57,628 nt of DNA, taken from an uncultured bacterium (GTDB lineage Bacteria; B130-G9). Made by a program: the position numbers and the translations under genes. The number at the start of each line of letters is the position of its first letter. Position 1 is the first letter of the stretch. The notes beneath the pieces are model-generated. The model did no database searches. It was not told where the DNA came from and saw only the letters and a program-made list of their open reading frames with translations. Below are positions 1 through 9,570 of this stretch, in pieces. The stretch is from NCBI GenBank assembly GCA_965372715.1, contig CBDVDH010000019.1, positions 1 through 57,628 on the forward strand, given 5' to 3'.

Positions 1-35
1 TTGGGGTGGGTCTGCGTGTTGCACCCTTTGGGTTT

Positions 36-212
36 TTTTGGTGTGCGGCGGCTTGCCGCCGCTTTCGCTCGCCGGGGCTGGACGCGGCGTGGGCTCTGCT
101 GGACAATGTCCTGTTCTCCAAATCGCCACCTGTAAGGTCAAAAGGGCAATCTTTCAGAGGTGGTGTCAAGCCACCACCAATGAAAGCGGCGTCAAGCCGC
201 CGCAGTCCAAAA
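36..212. repeat. REP-like inverted repeat pair (REPIN-type)
   Basis: 36-66 TTTTGGTGTGCGGCGGCTTGCCGCCGCTTTC is the reverse complement of 182-212 with 3 mismatches; each arm contains an internal palindrome. Confidence 0.75.
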
Positions 213-372
213 GGTGGCCGCACGGCTGGGTCAATCTGATTATTGGGGACGCGACGATGCATTGACTGTTCAAGTTGAACTGGATAATCTTGCGACGACA
301 GGCCGCGCAGCTTAGGAGTCCGCGGCCGACATGTTTCTGGTTTCATAGCAACACTTTAGGGGAGATGATGTC

Positions 373-1803
373 ATGAGAAGCAGACTCGTTGTTCTGATGT
401 TGTCGGTCGCTTTTGCCATTGGCTTGTGTGGGTGTGCTGGCATGCACCACGAAGAGGCGCAAGTTGTGAAGGTTCCAGCCAAGTCCATCGAAAGGCACAT
501 CGAGGTCGAGAAGCTGGTGGTGGGCTCTCAAGCGGAAGGACTTGGGATTCTGCCGGGCGATGTGATTCTCGAGTATGACGGCGCGGAGATCGAGACGGTG
601 TCCGACCTGAAGAAGGCGATCGCGGCAGCCACTGCGCCGGAGGTCAAGCTCGTCGTCAGGCGTGGCGACAAGGTGATTGAGATGACGGCGAAGCCCGGCA
701 AGATCGGCGTCTATCTGCGGACTGTGGCGAAGGTTCATCGGATGCCCGACGCGAAGATCATCGAGGGAATCGAGCCCCTGTCGTGGGATAGCGGTGAGAT
801 AATCAGCTTCATCGGCTGCGTCAGGCGTGTACTGGCACACTACGGCGAGCAGCACAATTACATGTATCTCATGGGCATCTCAGGCGCCGCGTTCAGGATA
901 CACTTCTGGGGCGGGTGGTGTCCGAGTTCGGCGGATCCGGGCTGCGGCTTCAACTGCTCGGCTGCGCTGCTCCGCGCGCTGGGCAGGAAGAGCGAAGAGC
1001 ACTTCATGAAAACCCAATTTCACGAAATGCCGGGCGCCCTCGATGCGGAACAGATGAAGCAGAAGATCACCGAAAGCATCGGCAAAGGCGTCCCGGTGGT
1101 CGCAATCGACATCGTTCACGTTCCCGAATGGGGCATCATCACAGGCTATCAGAACAACAAGCAGGACTTCCTCTGCCGCTCGTATTTCGACTATGGGATG
1201 GAAGACTACAATATCGCGGAGAAGACCCCCTGGATTGCACTGACTATTGGTGAGAAGGGCGAGGCGCTCTCCGGTGAGGAGGCGGTGCGACAGTCGCTGG
1301 CACTTGCCCACCACGTTGGCGTTACGGAGAAGTTCGATAACTACTTCTCGGGCACGGCTGCCCTAAAGGCCTGGATAGCGGCGCTCGAGAACGAGGCGTC
1401 GTTTGCGACGGTTGCCCTCGCGGAGACAAAGCCGGAGGAAGACCCATGCGGGGCCAATGCCTGGATATATGAGACTTTTCGGGCCAGCAAACCGGTCGCG
1501 GCCGAGTTTGTGCGAACCTATGCCGGCGTGTTCGGCCAAATGAACAACGCTGCTCTGGAGCTGGCGAGTATCTACGATGAGCAAGCCAAGCTGCTCGAGG
1601 CAGGCACGGAAAGCGTTGTGTTCCCTTATATGGGCGATGCGAAGGAGTGGACACAGGAGCTTCGTAACAAGCAGGCCGCCACGCTGAAGGAGGTTCTGAA
1701 GCTGGAACGTGAGGCGCTGGAGCTCATCGAGACGATCATGGAGGTCTGCGAGATCGAGCCTTACAAGGAGCCTGACAAGCCGCAGGAGGAGCCGGCGCCA
1801 TAG
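373..1803 (+). CDS. Exported (lipo)protein with N-terminal PDZ domain and a C-terminal BtrH/papain-like-fold domain
   Basis: Signal peptide ending LCGC; PDZ motif GSQAEGLGILPGDVILEYDG...VVRRG; C-terminal YLMGISGAAF...WCPSS...EWGIITGY; GGAG RBS upstream. Confidence 0.7.
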   Translation: MRSRLVVLMLSVAFAIGLCGCAGMHHEEAQVVKVPAKSIERHIEVEKLVVGSQAEGLGILPGDVILEYDGAEIETVSDLKKAIAAATAPEVKLVVRRGDKVIEMTAKPGKIGVYLRTVAKVHRMPDAKIIEGIEPLSWDSGEIISFIGCVRRVLAHYGEQHNYMYLMGISGAAFRIHFWGGWCPSSADPGCGFNCSAALLRALGRKSEEHFMKTQFHEMPGALDAEQMKQKITESIGKGVPVVAIDIVHVPEWGIITGYQNNKQDFLCRSYFDYGMEDYNIAEKTPWIALTIGEKGEALSGEEAVRQSLALAHHVGVTEKFDNYFSGTAALKAWIAALENEASFATVALAETKPEEDPCGANAWIYETFRASKPVAAEFVRTYAGVFGQMNNAALELASIYDEQAKLLEAGTESVVFPYMGDAKEWTQELRNKQAATLKEVLKLEREALELIETIMEVCEIEPYKEPDKPQEEPAP

Positions 1804-1925
1804 CGCCCGGATGTGTGTGGCGGGCTTTCCAGCCTGCCTTCTGTAGCGATTGCTGTACTGCTCACACGCAACACTCTGTCGCGCGAGACTCTGTCGCGCG
1901 AGACTCTGTCTTTGGCAGGCTGGAA

Positions 1926-2190
1926 GAGGCTGGGTCGTAAGTCGATTGACGAGGATTTCGTTGTCCATTCAGACAACAACGATACAGGAAATACGGTCGA
2001 TTGTCAAGATCAACGCGGCGGTTTTCTTATGCGACGCGATTGTCGGAATCGGCCTGTAGGGGCGGTGTCTCAGACCCGCCCGCCTACATGAATCCCTGCG
2101 GATACGAGGCATCTTATGCGAGCATCAATTCGAGAGGGCGGGTCTGAGACCACGCCCCTACGCAACCGCAACGAATTATGACCCAGCCTC
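1926..2190. mobile_element. MITE (265 bp) with 19-bp terminal inverted repeats and 4-bp target-site duplication
   Basis: Left end GAGGCTGGGTCGTAAGTCG; right end reverse complement GAGGCTGGGTCATAATTCG; GGAA on both flanks (1922-1925, 2191-2194); homologous copy at ~54761-55052. Confidence 0.85.
2056..2161. repeat. GTAG-type REP doublet inside the MITE
   Basis: GTAGGGGCGGTGTCTCAGACCCGCCC (2056-2081) and inverted GGGCGGGTCTGAGACCACGCCCCTAC (2136-2161). Confidence 0.8.
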
Positions 2191-2299
2191 GGAAAGCCTG
2201 CCCCGCACCCACGGGAGTCACGACCTCGAATTATTCAGGCTAGCATTCTACTGTCCCCACTTCGGCGAAAGCCCTGACCTGTGTTAGATTCGGTTGGCC

Positions 2300-4780
2300 A
2301 TGCAAAGCGCAAGCAAGGCTGAGTCATTCTGTAACCTCGCGTTCGTCGCGGTTCTTTCGTTCGTGCTGTTCGTTTCACCGCTCGCGAGAGTGGAGGACGA
2401 CCCGCTGGGCCTTATCAAGTGGTTCATCACGCACTGCGGCGTGTTTGCGATGCTTGCGTTTCTCATCTCGTCGTGGGCGTTCGCTGGGCGAGTACGCCTC
2501 TTCAGCTCCCCTGTCCTGCTCCCCATCCTGCTGATGATCTGCCTTTCTGCACTCTCGCTCATCTGGACCGCGCCTCGTTTCGAGAGCTTCACTCGTATGC
2601 GATACATCCTGCTCTCCTGGGCCCCCTTCTTCCTGTGCCTCCTCGCGCCGATTGGCCGCCGGATGAAGTGGATTGCCGCGGTCTCGCTCGTAGTGGGAGT
2701 GTCGATCTGCTCGTCCATCGGCGTCACCCAATACTTTGAGGTTCTAAAGACGGTATGGGAGAGGCTCCCCTGGGAGCCTGAACTCGGCAAGCGAGTGTTC
2801 TCGACAATGTGGAATCCCAACTTCCTCGCTGGCCTTCTTATTCTGATCTTGCCGGTCATTTTGGCGCTTGCACGAACGTCGAGGAAACGATGGCTCAGCC
2901 TAGCGTTTCTCGCCCTTTACTACCTCAACTTCTCGTGCCTGCTCTTCACCAACTCCTGGGGCGGATGGGCTGGCTATGTCGCCTCATTGATCTTTGTCTT
3001 CGTAGCTGGGAGGAGGACCAACGGGCGTTCGCCGGAGAAGCCCACTGCCCAGAGACGTCTCACGGAGCCCGACGTCGGGCGCGTAGCCGCCGCGCATTGG
3101 GTATCGGCGAGGCTGGTTCTCATGCTACTGTGCGTCGCAACCGCCATAGCCTTCTTCGCGTCCAAAGGGAAGACGGTCGCCGGGACCACGGTCGGCATCT
3201 CGGAGCGCGAGAAGATGTGGAACAGCACGATGATGCTGATCAAGAGGCGCCCAATGGGAGTTGGCGTCGGCAATTTCGCGGTTTTCGAGAACAAATACGA
3301 GCACAAATTCATTGAGCCGCTTCAAGCCACAACGGCGGAGTTCCGCAAGGACAGAGACAACCTGCTCCACAACTCGCTCTACTGCCATAACGAGTTTCTC
3401 GAGACCGCTCTGGAGACGGGCTTCGTCGGCCTCATTCTGTTTTTCTGGCTCATTCTGACAATAGGGCGGCTGCCGTTTAAGGAGAGGCCTTATCCCCCAG
3501 GTGGCCAGAAGAACGCGGACCCCGCCGCTGTCGAGGCCCGATTCATGGTCCACGCCGTTGCGGCCGGGGCCATAGCCGTCATCGCGCAGAGCATCGTCAG
3601 CTACCCCTTGCGAGTGCCCACAACGGTCACGACACTCGCGGCGCTTCTCGGCCTCTTTGCGCCTCGCAGACAACTCCTTGAGTTCAAGTTCAACATTCCT
3701 CAGCCCCTCAAGTATGCTGTGCTCTGCTTGACATTGCTCGGAGCCGCGCTGGCCTGCGTACCGGGGTACCGGCCGCTCGCCGCAGAGGCGCTCTACGTTA
3801 GGGGGATGAAACATCTTTTGGCAGACAGGGACTACGCCGCCGCGAGAGGGCAATACGAGCGTGCGATCGCTTTCGGACTGCCGCGCTACAACGTCTATTT
3901 CCGGCTGGGCGAGTCGCAGTTAAGGCTGAAGCAGTTTGACTTGGCTCTCAAGACTTACCAGAGGGCGCTTGAGATTCAGCCTTACCACGAGTATTCGTTC
4001 TTCGGTATCGCCGAGGCGTCAAGGGGACTGGGGCGGACAGAGGACGCCATCGCCAACTACGAGAAGGCAATAGAATACGAGCCGAGGTTCCTCGACGCCT
4101 ATCTTGAGTTGGCGAGGCTCTTGAGGTCCGAAGGCGAGTCAGAAGAAGCCGTCAGGACGCTGGATCTGGGGCTGCACTACGTGCCCAAGGGCCGTGAGAT
4201 GGCGCTGGATGCTGCCGTCGCCTCGGTCGAGCTGGGAGCCATTAAGCAGGCCGAGGCCTATCTCAACAGCATGTTGGCCAACGACCCGTCAGACGCGGTC
4301 CTGCTCTACAATCTCCGCATTCTACGCGACGTGGAACCGGATGAGGCGGGCGCCGACCGATCGGCCGTTGCTCGGCGGATGATCGACTCGGACGCGGCAA
4401 AATGGCTGCTCACACTGTCCAAGATGGGCGCGGTCTTCGTCCAAAAGGGCAAACACGTCGCGGCGAGGCGCGAGTTCGAGGCGATCTTGGGCCGTTTCCC
4501 GGGCTATCCGCCTGCGCTCTCGAACGTCGCGACAGCCTACTTCCTGGAGGGCGACGCGGCCCGCGCCGAAAGCTACCTACTGCAAGCCATTTCGTTCGCG
4601 CCCCGGCACGTCTCATATCGGGCCGCACTCGCCGACATCTACGCCAGCCTCAAGAAATGGGACGCCGCCGAGGACCAGCTCCGCCAGGCCCAGCAGCTCG
4701 ACCCCAATAACGCGGACATCGAGAATCGGCTCCAGTGGCTGCGGCGGCAGCGAACGCTAGCTAGCGGCCCCGGGGACTGA
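2300..4780 (+). CDS. O-antigen ligase (Wzy_C)-family membrane protein with C-terminal TPR repeats
   Basis: Multiple TM helices; STMWNPNFLAG, GVGVGNF and HNEFLETALETGFVG motifs; TPR repeats in the C-terminal third. Confidence 0.85.
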   Translation: MQSASKAESFCNLAFVAVLSFVLFVSPLARVEDDPLGLIKWFITHCGVFAMLAFLISSWAFAGRVRLFSSPVLLPILLMICLSALSLIWTAPRFESFTRMRYILLSWAPFFLCLLAPIGRRMKWIAAVSLVVGVSICSSIGVTQYFEVLKTVWERLPWEPELGKRVFSTMWNPNFLAGLLILILPVILALARTSRKRWLSLAFLALYYLNFSCLLFTNSWGGWAGYVASLIFVFVAGRRTNGRSPEKPTAQRRLTEPDVGRVAAAHWVSARLVLMLLCVATAIAFFASKGKTVAGTTVGISEREKMWNSTMMLIKRRPMGVGVGNFAVFENKYEHKFIEPLQATTAEFRKDRDNLLHNSLYCHNEFLETALETGFVGLILFFWLILTIGRLPFKERPYPPGGQKNADPAAVEARFMVHAVAAGAIAVIAQSIVSYPLRVPTTVTTLAALLGLFAPRRQLLEFKFNIPQPLKYAVLCLTLLGAALACVPGYRPLAAEALYVRGMKHLLADRDYAAARGQYERAIAFGLPRYNVYFRLGESQLRLKQFDLALKTYQRALEIQPYHEYSFFGIAEASRGLGRTEDAIANYEKAIEYEPRFLDAYLELARLLRSEGESEEAVRTLDLGLHYVPKGREMALDAAVASVELGAIKQAEAYLNSMLANDPSDAVLLYNLRILRDVEPDEAGADRSAVARRMIDSDAAKWLLTLSKMGAVFVQKGKHVAARREFEAILGRFPGYPPALSNVATAYFLEGDAARAESYLLQAISFAPRHVSYRAALADIYASLKKWDAAEDQLRQAQQLDPNNADIENRLQWLRRQRTLASGPGD

Positions 4781-4895
4781 AGATCGCCTGCTCACCCGGC
4801 CAGGCAAATGTGATAGGCTCTTCCCTCACAAAACTGAGGAATCAGGCTGAAGGCGAAGAACTAACGACGCAAGAACGATATCGAAAGGAGATGCC

Positions 4896-5354
4896 GTGCC
4901 ACTCAACGTTGGAGATGACGCGCCCGATTTCACGCTAAAGGACCAGAACGAGGAGAAGTTCCACGCTGCTGACTGCAAAGGCAAAAGGGTGCTTCTGTCG
5001 TTTCATCCGCTGGCCTGGACGCAGGTCTGCGCGGACCAGATGAAGTCGCTCGAGGCCAACCAAGAAACGTTTGCTGAACTGAACACGATCGCGGTCGGCC
5101 TCAGTGTTGACTCGCATTTTAGCAAGAAGGCTTGGGCCGAGTCACTTGGGATTGAGAGAACGAAGCTGTTGGCGGATTTCTGGCCACACGGCGGCGTCGC
5201 GAAAGCATACGAGCTCTTTATCGACAAGATCGGCATCTCAAATCGAGCCAATGTGATAGTCGATGAGAACGGCGACATTGCCTTTGTGAAGGTCTATGAC
5301 ATCCCTCAGCTGCCAGATATCTCGGAGATACTTGATTTCATCAGAACCATGTAA
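4896..5354 (+). CDS. Peroxiredoxin (AhpE/AhpC-TSA family)
   Basis: GDDAPDFTLKDQN; FHPLAWTQVC (PxxxTxxC); GLSVDS; LLADFWPHG. Confidence 0.9.
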   Translation: MPLNVGDDAPDFTLKDQNEEKFHAADCKGKRVLLSFHPLAWTQVCADQMKSLEANQETFAELNTIAVGLSVDSHFSKKAWAESLGIERTKLLADFWPHGGVAKAYELFIDKIGISNRANVIVDENGDIAFVKVYDIPQLPDISEILDFIRTM

Positions 5355-5356
5355 GG

Positions 5357-5836
5357 ATGCACAAAATGCTCATAAAAGGAGATACAGCGCCGGAGTTCTG
5401 CCTGCCTAACCACGAGGGCAAACCGATATGCCTTAGGGATTTCCGGAGGAGATGGGTCGTCCTCTACTTTTACCCAAAGGACAACACGTCCGGCTGCACT
5501 AAGGAGGCGCTGGAGTTTTCTGGGCTCAAGTCCAGATTCGAGGGCATGGAGGCCGTCATCATCGGGATCAGCCCTGACTCGGTCGAGAGCCATCGAAAGT
5601 TCCGCGAGAGGCACGCGCTGACGATCACGCTTTTGAGCGACTCTGACCACGAGGCGCTAGAGGCTTACGGCGTCTGGCAGCTCAAGAGGATGTATGGGCG
5701 GGAGTATCACGGCGTCGTCCGCAGCACTTTCCTGATCGACCCCGAAGGCAAGATCGCGGAGGTCTGGGCGAAGGTGAAGGTCAAAGGCCACGCCGAGGCC
5801 GTGCAGTGTGCCCTGCGGGACGCGCAAGGCGGCTGA
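5357..5836 (+). CDS. bcp: Thioredoxin-dependent peroxidase BCP/PrxQ
   Basis: VVLYFYPKDNTSGCTKEA; GISPDS; RSTFLIDPEG. Confidence 0.92.
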   Translation: MHKMLIKGDTAPEFCLPNHEGKPICLRDFRRRWVVLYFYPKDNTSGCTKEALEFSGLKSRFEGMEAVIIGISPDSVESHRKFRERHALTITLLSDSDHEALEAYGVWQLKRMYGREYHGVVRSTFLIDPEGKIAEVWAKVKVKGHAEAVQCALRDAQGG

Positions 5837-5872
5837 GGCGATCTATGAGGCTATTGCAGGCTTGAGGAGAGA

Positions 5873-6727
5873 ATGCCCATGACGAAGAGCTTTTCGGAAA
5901 ATTATGGATACAAGCAGCGCAAGCAGATTCAATTTGAGAGCATGGACGATGAGCTGAGGACCTCATTGTGGAACGCGTTCTTGAGCGGATTGTGGCCGGA
6001 GGACAAAGAGGCGTTAGCTGTTATGAGCATCTGTGGGGAAGTTCCGCCAGGTGTGGAGCAGCTCTGGTGCGATTTTCTTAAGCGCGCGTCGGATGATATG
6101 CCGATAATACCCGTTACGATGCGTAACGAACTTAAGGACTGGTTTTTCAGTGCAGAATGGAACCAGGTGCTTGATTTTCTTGGTTTTGTCTATGAAAACG
6201 TCGGCACTAGCGACTATAAAGAGAGCTTCAGGAATGCATGTAATAGAGCGTTTGAAAGAGAGGCCTCCGCCTACCGGTTCGTCGGCGACGAGATCGCCCC
6301 AGTTACCAACGAGACGGAGATCAGGGAGATCGAAGAGGTCATAGACAGCAGCCCATTGCCAGGTGTCAGAGAACACATCAAGACCGCGTTGTCGCTCTTT
6401 GCAGATAGGGTGAATCCTGATTACAGGAATTCAATAAAGGAATCCATATCTGCGGTCGAGGGGATCTGCAAAATGATCGCAGGCGACGAGAAGACCACAC
6501 TGGGACCGGCGTTGAAGGTTGTGAAGGACGCGCTGGGCCTACATCCTCGCTTGGAGCAGGGCTTCTCAAAGATATATGGCTACGCAAGTGATGCCGACGG
6601 CATAAGACACGCGCTAATGGATGAACCCAACCTGTCTTCGGAAGACGCGCGGTACATGCTTGTCTCATGTTCAGCTTTCGTGAACTACTTGACTGAGAAG
6701 GCTCAGAAGGCCGGCGTGAAGCTCTGA
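5873..6727 (+). CDS. AbiJ-NTD4-like protein with C-terminal Abi/HEPN-like helical domain
   Basis: N-terminus SFSENYGYK...IQFESMDDELRTSLWN; C-terminus DYRNSIKESISAVE...YGYASDADGIRHA, recognised as typical of this family. Confidence 0.7.
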   Translation: MPMTKSFSENYGYKQRKQIQFESMDDELRTSLWNAFLSGLWPEDKEALAVMSICGEVPPGVEQLWCDFLKRASDDMPIIPVTMRNELKDWFFSAEWNQVLDFLGFVYENVGTSDYKESFRNACNRAFEREASAYRFVGDEIAPVTNETEIREIEEVIDSSPLPGVREHIKTALSLFADRVNPDYRNSIKESISAVEGICKMIAGDEKTTLGPALKVVKDALGLHPRLEQGFSKIYGYASDADGIRHALMDEPNLSSEDARYMLVSCSAFVNYLTEKAQKAGVKL

Positions 6728-6732
6728 CAGCA

Positions 6733-8007
6733 ATGAGGCAGGCAAGCTTATTCCAGCAGCAAGAGGTTACGGGATCCGGTCTGACTACAGCTGAGGCGCC
6801 GCCGTTCAAAAGGATAAGGGACCCAGGGCTCGACTTTCGAGGCGTTCAGGCATCGACTGGTGTCTATGGGATACATCCCTATCCGGCCATGCTGCATTTC
6901 CTGCTGGTCAGGAGACTCATGACAGACTATTCGGCGGAAGGGGAGCTTCTCCTGGACCCCTTTGTGGGTTCGGGAGTCACGGCCGTCGAGTCCTTAATCG
7001 GAGCCAGACGTTTCGCCGGCTTCGACATCAACCCCATGGCTGTGCTGATATCGAAGGTGAGAACTACGCCAATCGCAAATAGCAGGCTTACTGAAACGCT
7101 TGCGCACATCACGCAGAGGTACGAACGCGCCAGCGCCTCACCCGTTGAGTTCCATAACATCCACTACTGGTTTCACGATGACGTAATTCAGAAGCTGTCT
7201 AATCTGAGAGAAGCCATTGCTGCGATAGAAGACGATGCTTTGCGGAGGTTCTTTGAGGTGGCTTTCTCGGAGACGGTGAGGCGGGTCTCCAGGACCCGAT
7301 ACAACGAGTTCAAACTGCTGCGGAAGAAGGACGACGAAGAAAAAGTAAACGTTATGAAGACATTTCGGGATGTCTCGCTGAAGAATATCCAGATGCTGAC
7401 CGATTTCTATCGTGACTTTCCTCCTAAGACGCGCAGTCTCCAAGTTGAGGAGAGGAACGTCATCGGAGGTATACCGGTGGAGGACGGCTCGGTTGATCTG
7501 GTAGTAACCTCTCCGCCCTACGGTGATTCAAGAACCACTGTCGCCTACGGCCAGTTCTCGCGGCTCTCGCTCAGGTGGCTGGGGCTGGAGGAAAACGTCG
7601 ATAGGACTTCATTGGGCAGCAAGGCCCGCGACATATCCCGCGACCTGCCGTCCGGCGTGCTTTACGATTTCGTTGCGAGAATCGCTGACAAGAACGAGAA
7701 GCGAGCCCGAGAGGTCTTCTCGTTCTACTTCGACCTATATCGCACGGTCGAAATCATCGCGAGGAAGGTGAAGTCCGGCGGGTACGTGTGCTTCATCGTC
7801 GGAAACCGACGCGTGAAGGGCATCGAGCTGCCGACCGACAAGATCTCAGCGGACTTCTTCGAGAGCAACGGCTTTCGGCACATCGGCGCCTCAGTCCGAG
7901 CCATCTCCAACAAGCGGATGCCGGCTCAGAACTCTCCGTCCAACGTCGCAGGCCAAAAAGACCTCACGATGCGACACGAATACATCGTGGTTTTGCGCAG
8001 AAGTTGA
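6733..8007 (+). CDS. DNA amino-methyltransferase (likely N4-cytosine, alpha motif order)
   Basis: IHPYPAM; motif I LLDPFVGSG precedes motif IV VVTSPPY. Confidence 0.85.
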   Translation: MRQASLFQQQEVTGSGLTTAEAPPFKRIRDPGLDFRGVQASTGVYGIHPYPAMLHFLLVRRLMTDYSAEGELLLDPFVGSGVTAVESLIGARRFAGFDINPMAVLISKVRTTPIANSRLTETLAHITQRYERASASPVEFHNIHYWFHDDVIQKLSNLREAIAAIEDDALRRFFEVAFSETVRRVSRTRYNEFKLLRKKDDEEKVNVMKTFRDVSLKNIQMLTDFYRDFPPKTRSLQVEERNVIGGIPVEDGSVDLVVTSPPYGDSRTTVAYGQFSRLSLRWLGLEENVDRTSLGSKARDISRDLPSGVLYDFVARIADKNEKRAREVFSFYFDLYRTVEIIARKVKSGGYVCFIVGNRRVKGIELPTDKISADFFESNGFRHIGASVRAISNKRMPAQNSPSNVAGQKDLTMRHEYIVVLRRS

Positions 8008-8047
8008 CGCTACAAAAGGGCTGTGTCCTGAGTGTGCGTAGGTAGGT

Positions 8048-8503
8048 ATGATACATGATAGTGCGGGGAGCAAAATGGATGCAAAATCGCTGAAGAATCT
8101 GGTAGGTAAAGAGTTCTGGCAAGAGTCCACAAGCAGGCTCCAGAGCGCAGAGACGATTGAGGTGATGCGAGAGCTTTTCGATTACGTAGTGGATACTCTT
8201 GCGCCAAGATTGGACGACGTCAAAGCGCAAGATGGGAAGGCAATCTCTTTCTTCTCCTTGGGACGAGAGATTCTAACTATCAACGTAACCCGCAAAGACC
8301 TGCGCATTTATATCCATCCGCCGGCCGGGGCCTTCTTTGACCCAGAGGAGCATTTCGACGTCGAGAGATTCAGCCTTTGGAAAGGCTCGTTCCAGAAGAA
8401 ATCCGGGAAGTATAGGGCTATGAGCGTCTGGATTTCAGAAAGGAAATATCTATCGGCAGTCAAAAGGCTCATCCGTCGCATACCCAAGAGGATGGCCGAA
8501 TAG
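8048..8503 (+). CDS. Hypothetical protein (possibly DUF5655/YdhG-like fold)
   Basis: 151-aa ORF co-oriented after the MTase; fold guessed from the AISFF...ILTINV...LRIYI beta pattern. Confidence 0.5.
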   Translation: MIHDSAGSKMDAKSLKNLVGKEFWQESTSRLQSAETIEVMRELFDYVVDTLAPRLDDVKAQDGKAISFFSLGREILTINVTRKDLRIYIHPPAGAFFDPEEHFDVERFSLWKGSFQKKSGKYRAMSVWISERKYLSAVKRLIRRIPKRMAE

Positions 8504-8528
8504 GCCTAATCAAGAGGCGGGGGCCAGC

Positions 8529-8888
8529 CTAAATGCGAAGATGACTCCTCATTTTCGTGAGAATGTCCTTGGCAAGAAGCACGGCCCTTTCGGCAATGCC
8601 TTTAGTTACAGGCTTGTCTTCTCTGTAGTCTGCGTGATTTCGCGCTCTTCTGAGCTTGTCAAGGATGCTACCGATTTCGCGATCTTCTCTATTGCTCGAG
8701 TTCCTATACTCCTCAATCACGCTCCAATGAAGGTTCTTCGGGGTATGCTCCTTGAGGCCCTTTAGGTTTCTGGCGATACAGAAAACACCGTAATACGCCC
8801 TGCTAACGGCTGACCTCAAACAAGCTTCCTCGGGTCTGTCTGCAAGTTCCTGCGCAAGAGCAACATAATCCTGCCAGTCAAAGCTCAC
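8529..8888 (-). CDS. HEPN-domain protein (putative toxin)
   Basis: GTG start at 8888 overlaps the upstream stop (GTGA); FDWQDY...RSAVSRAYYG...H..V...LRRARNHADY. Confidence 0.85.
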   Translation of the reverse strand: MSFDWQDYVALAQELADRPEEACLRSAVSRAYYGVFCIARNLKGLKEHTPKNLHWSVIEEYRNSSNREDREIGSILDKLRRARNHADYREDKPVTKGIAERAVLLAKDILTKMRSHLRI

Positions 8889-9247
8889 AGCGGCTCTTCC
8901 GTCACGTTGAGCTTGCCTTTTGTGTGCATCATCCTGTCGAGGAACCACTCGTCCATCAGCCTCTTTTCGAGCCTTATCGCCTTCTCGGCGCTGCATTTTG
9001 ACCTGATCACGATGAAAAGCTCGTCCCAACCCTCCTCAGGATCGTGCTCGGGTTCAAGGCAGAGCTTCACATCGCTCCCAAAAATGGGGATTATCCGATC
9101 TTTAGCCTCCAAAAGTATCGGCTGCAGGAAGTCGTGTTCTTGCAGAAAGCGCAGTATCGCATTTTTCTGCGCCGAGCCAATCCCATACATCTCCACAATG
9201 TCGGTCACTCGCGAAACCGAGGTCCGAAGCGCTTGACTGCTGGCCAT
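8885..9247 (-). CDS. HEPN-partner protein, putative degenerate MNT-like antitoxin
   Basis: AAGGAGG RBS before ATG 9247; coupled to the HEPN gene; small alpha/beta protein without a clear GS...DxD motif. Confidence 0.6.
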   Translation of the reverse strand: MASSQALRTSVSRVTDIVEMYGIGSAQKNAILRFLQEHDFLQPILLEAKDRIIPIFGSDVKLCLEPEHDPEEGWDELFIVIRSKCSAEKAIRLEKRLMDEWFLDRMMHTKGKLNVTEEPL

Positions 9248-9570
9248 CCACAACCTCCTTCCCTTACCGTGCCGCCCGAGCAAACACACCGCCGATGCTC
9301 CAAGCTCATCGGCGACTCAATCATCCGATCAACAATGCCCTGGGTGCCGTTCGTAGTCAAGAAAACAGTTGGGTCACAAAAACTCAGATTGAGGATGATA
9401 GACCTCATGCAATGCACTCATTTGGCCTTTTGAATGGGCGATTGTTGCGATCATGGGCCGCATCACCCACCACAGGCAAATCGCTGCCCGGACATCTGAT
9501 GTAGCTGAACCAGGGACTCTAGATTGTGTATGTCGCTTGAGCTTCAGCGGTTGATGAGGCGCCGGGTCAT

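Larger units (their letters stand above)
1817..2208. repeat. REP-like inverted pair GGCAGGCTGGAAAGCC; right arm split by a MITE; spacer holds a 15-bp tandem repeat
   Basis: 1817-1838 GTGGCGGGCTTTCCAGCCTGCC is complementary to the rejoined 1914-1925 + 2195-2208; ACTCTGTCGCGCGAG x2.5 at 1873-1910. Confidence 0.75.

Noticed and set aside
263-289. TTGACT...GATAAT with palindrome GTTCAAGTTGAAC
   Set aside because: The spacer is only 15 bp and no regulator can be assigned; too weak to call.
1813-2091. ORFs similar to the 54844-55032 ORF
   Set aside because: The similarity comes from the non-coding MITE; frames are not conserved and there are no transposase motifs.
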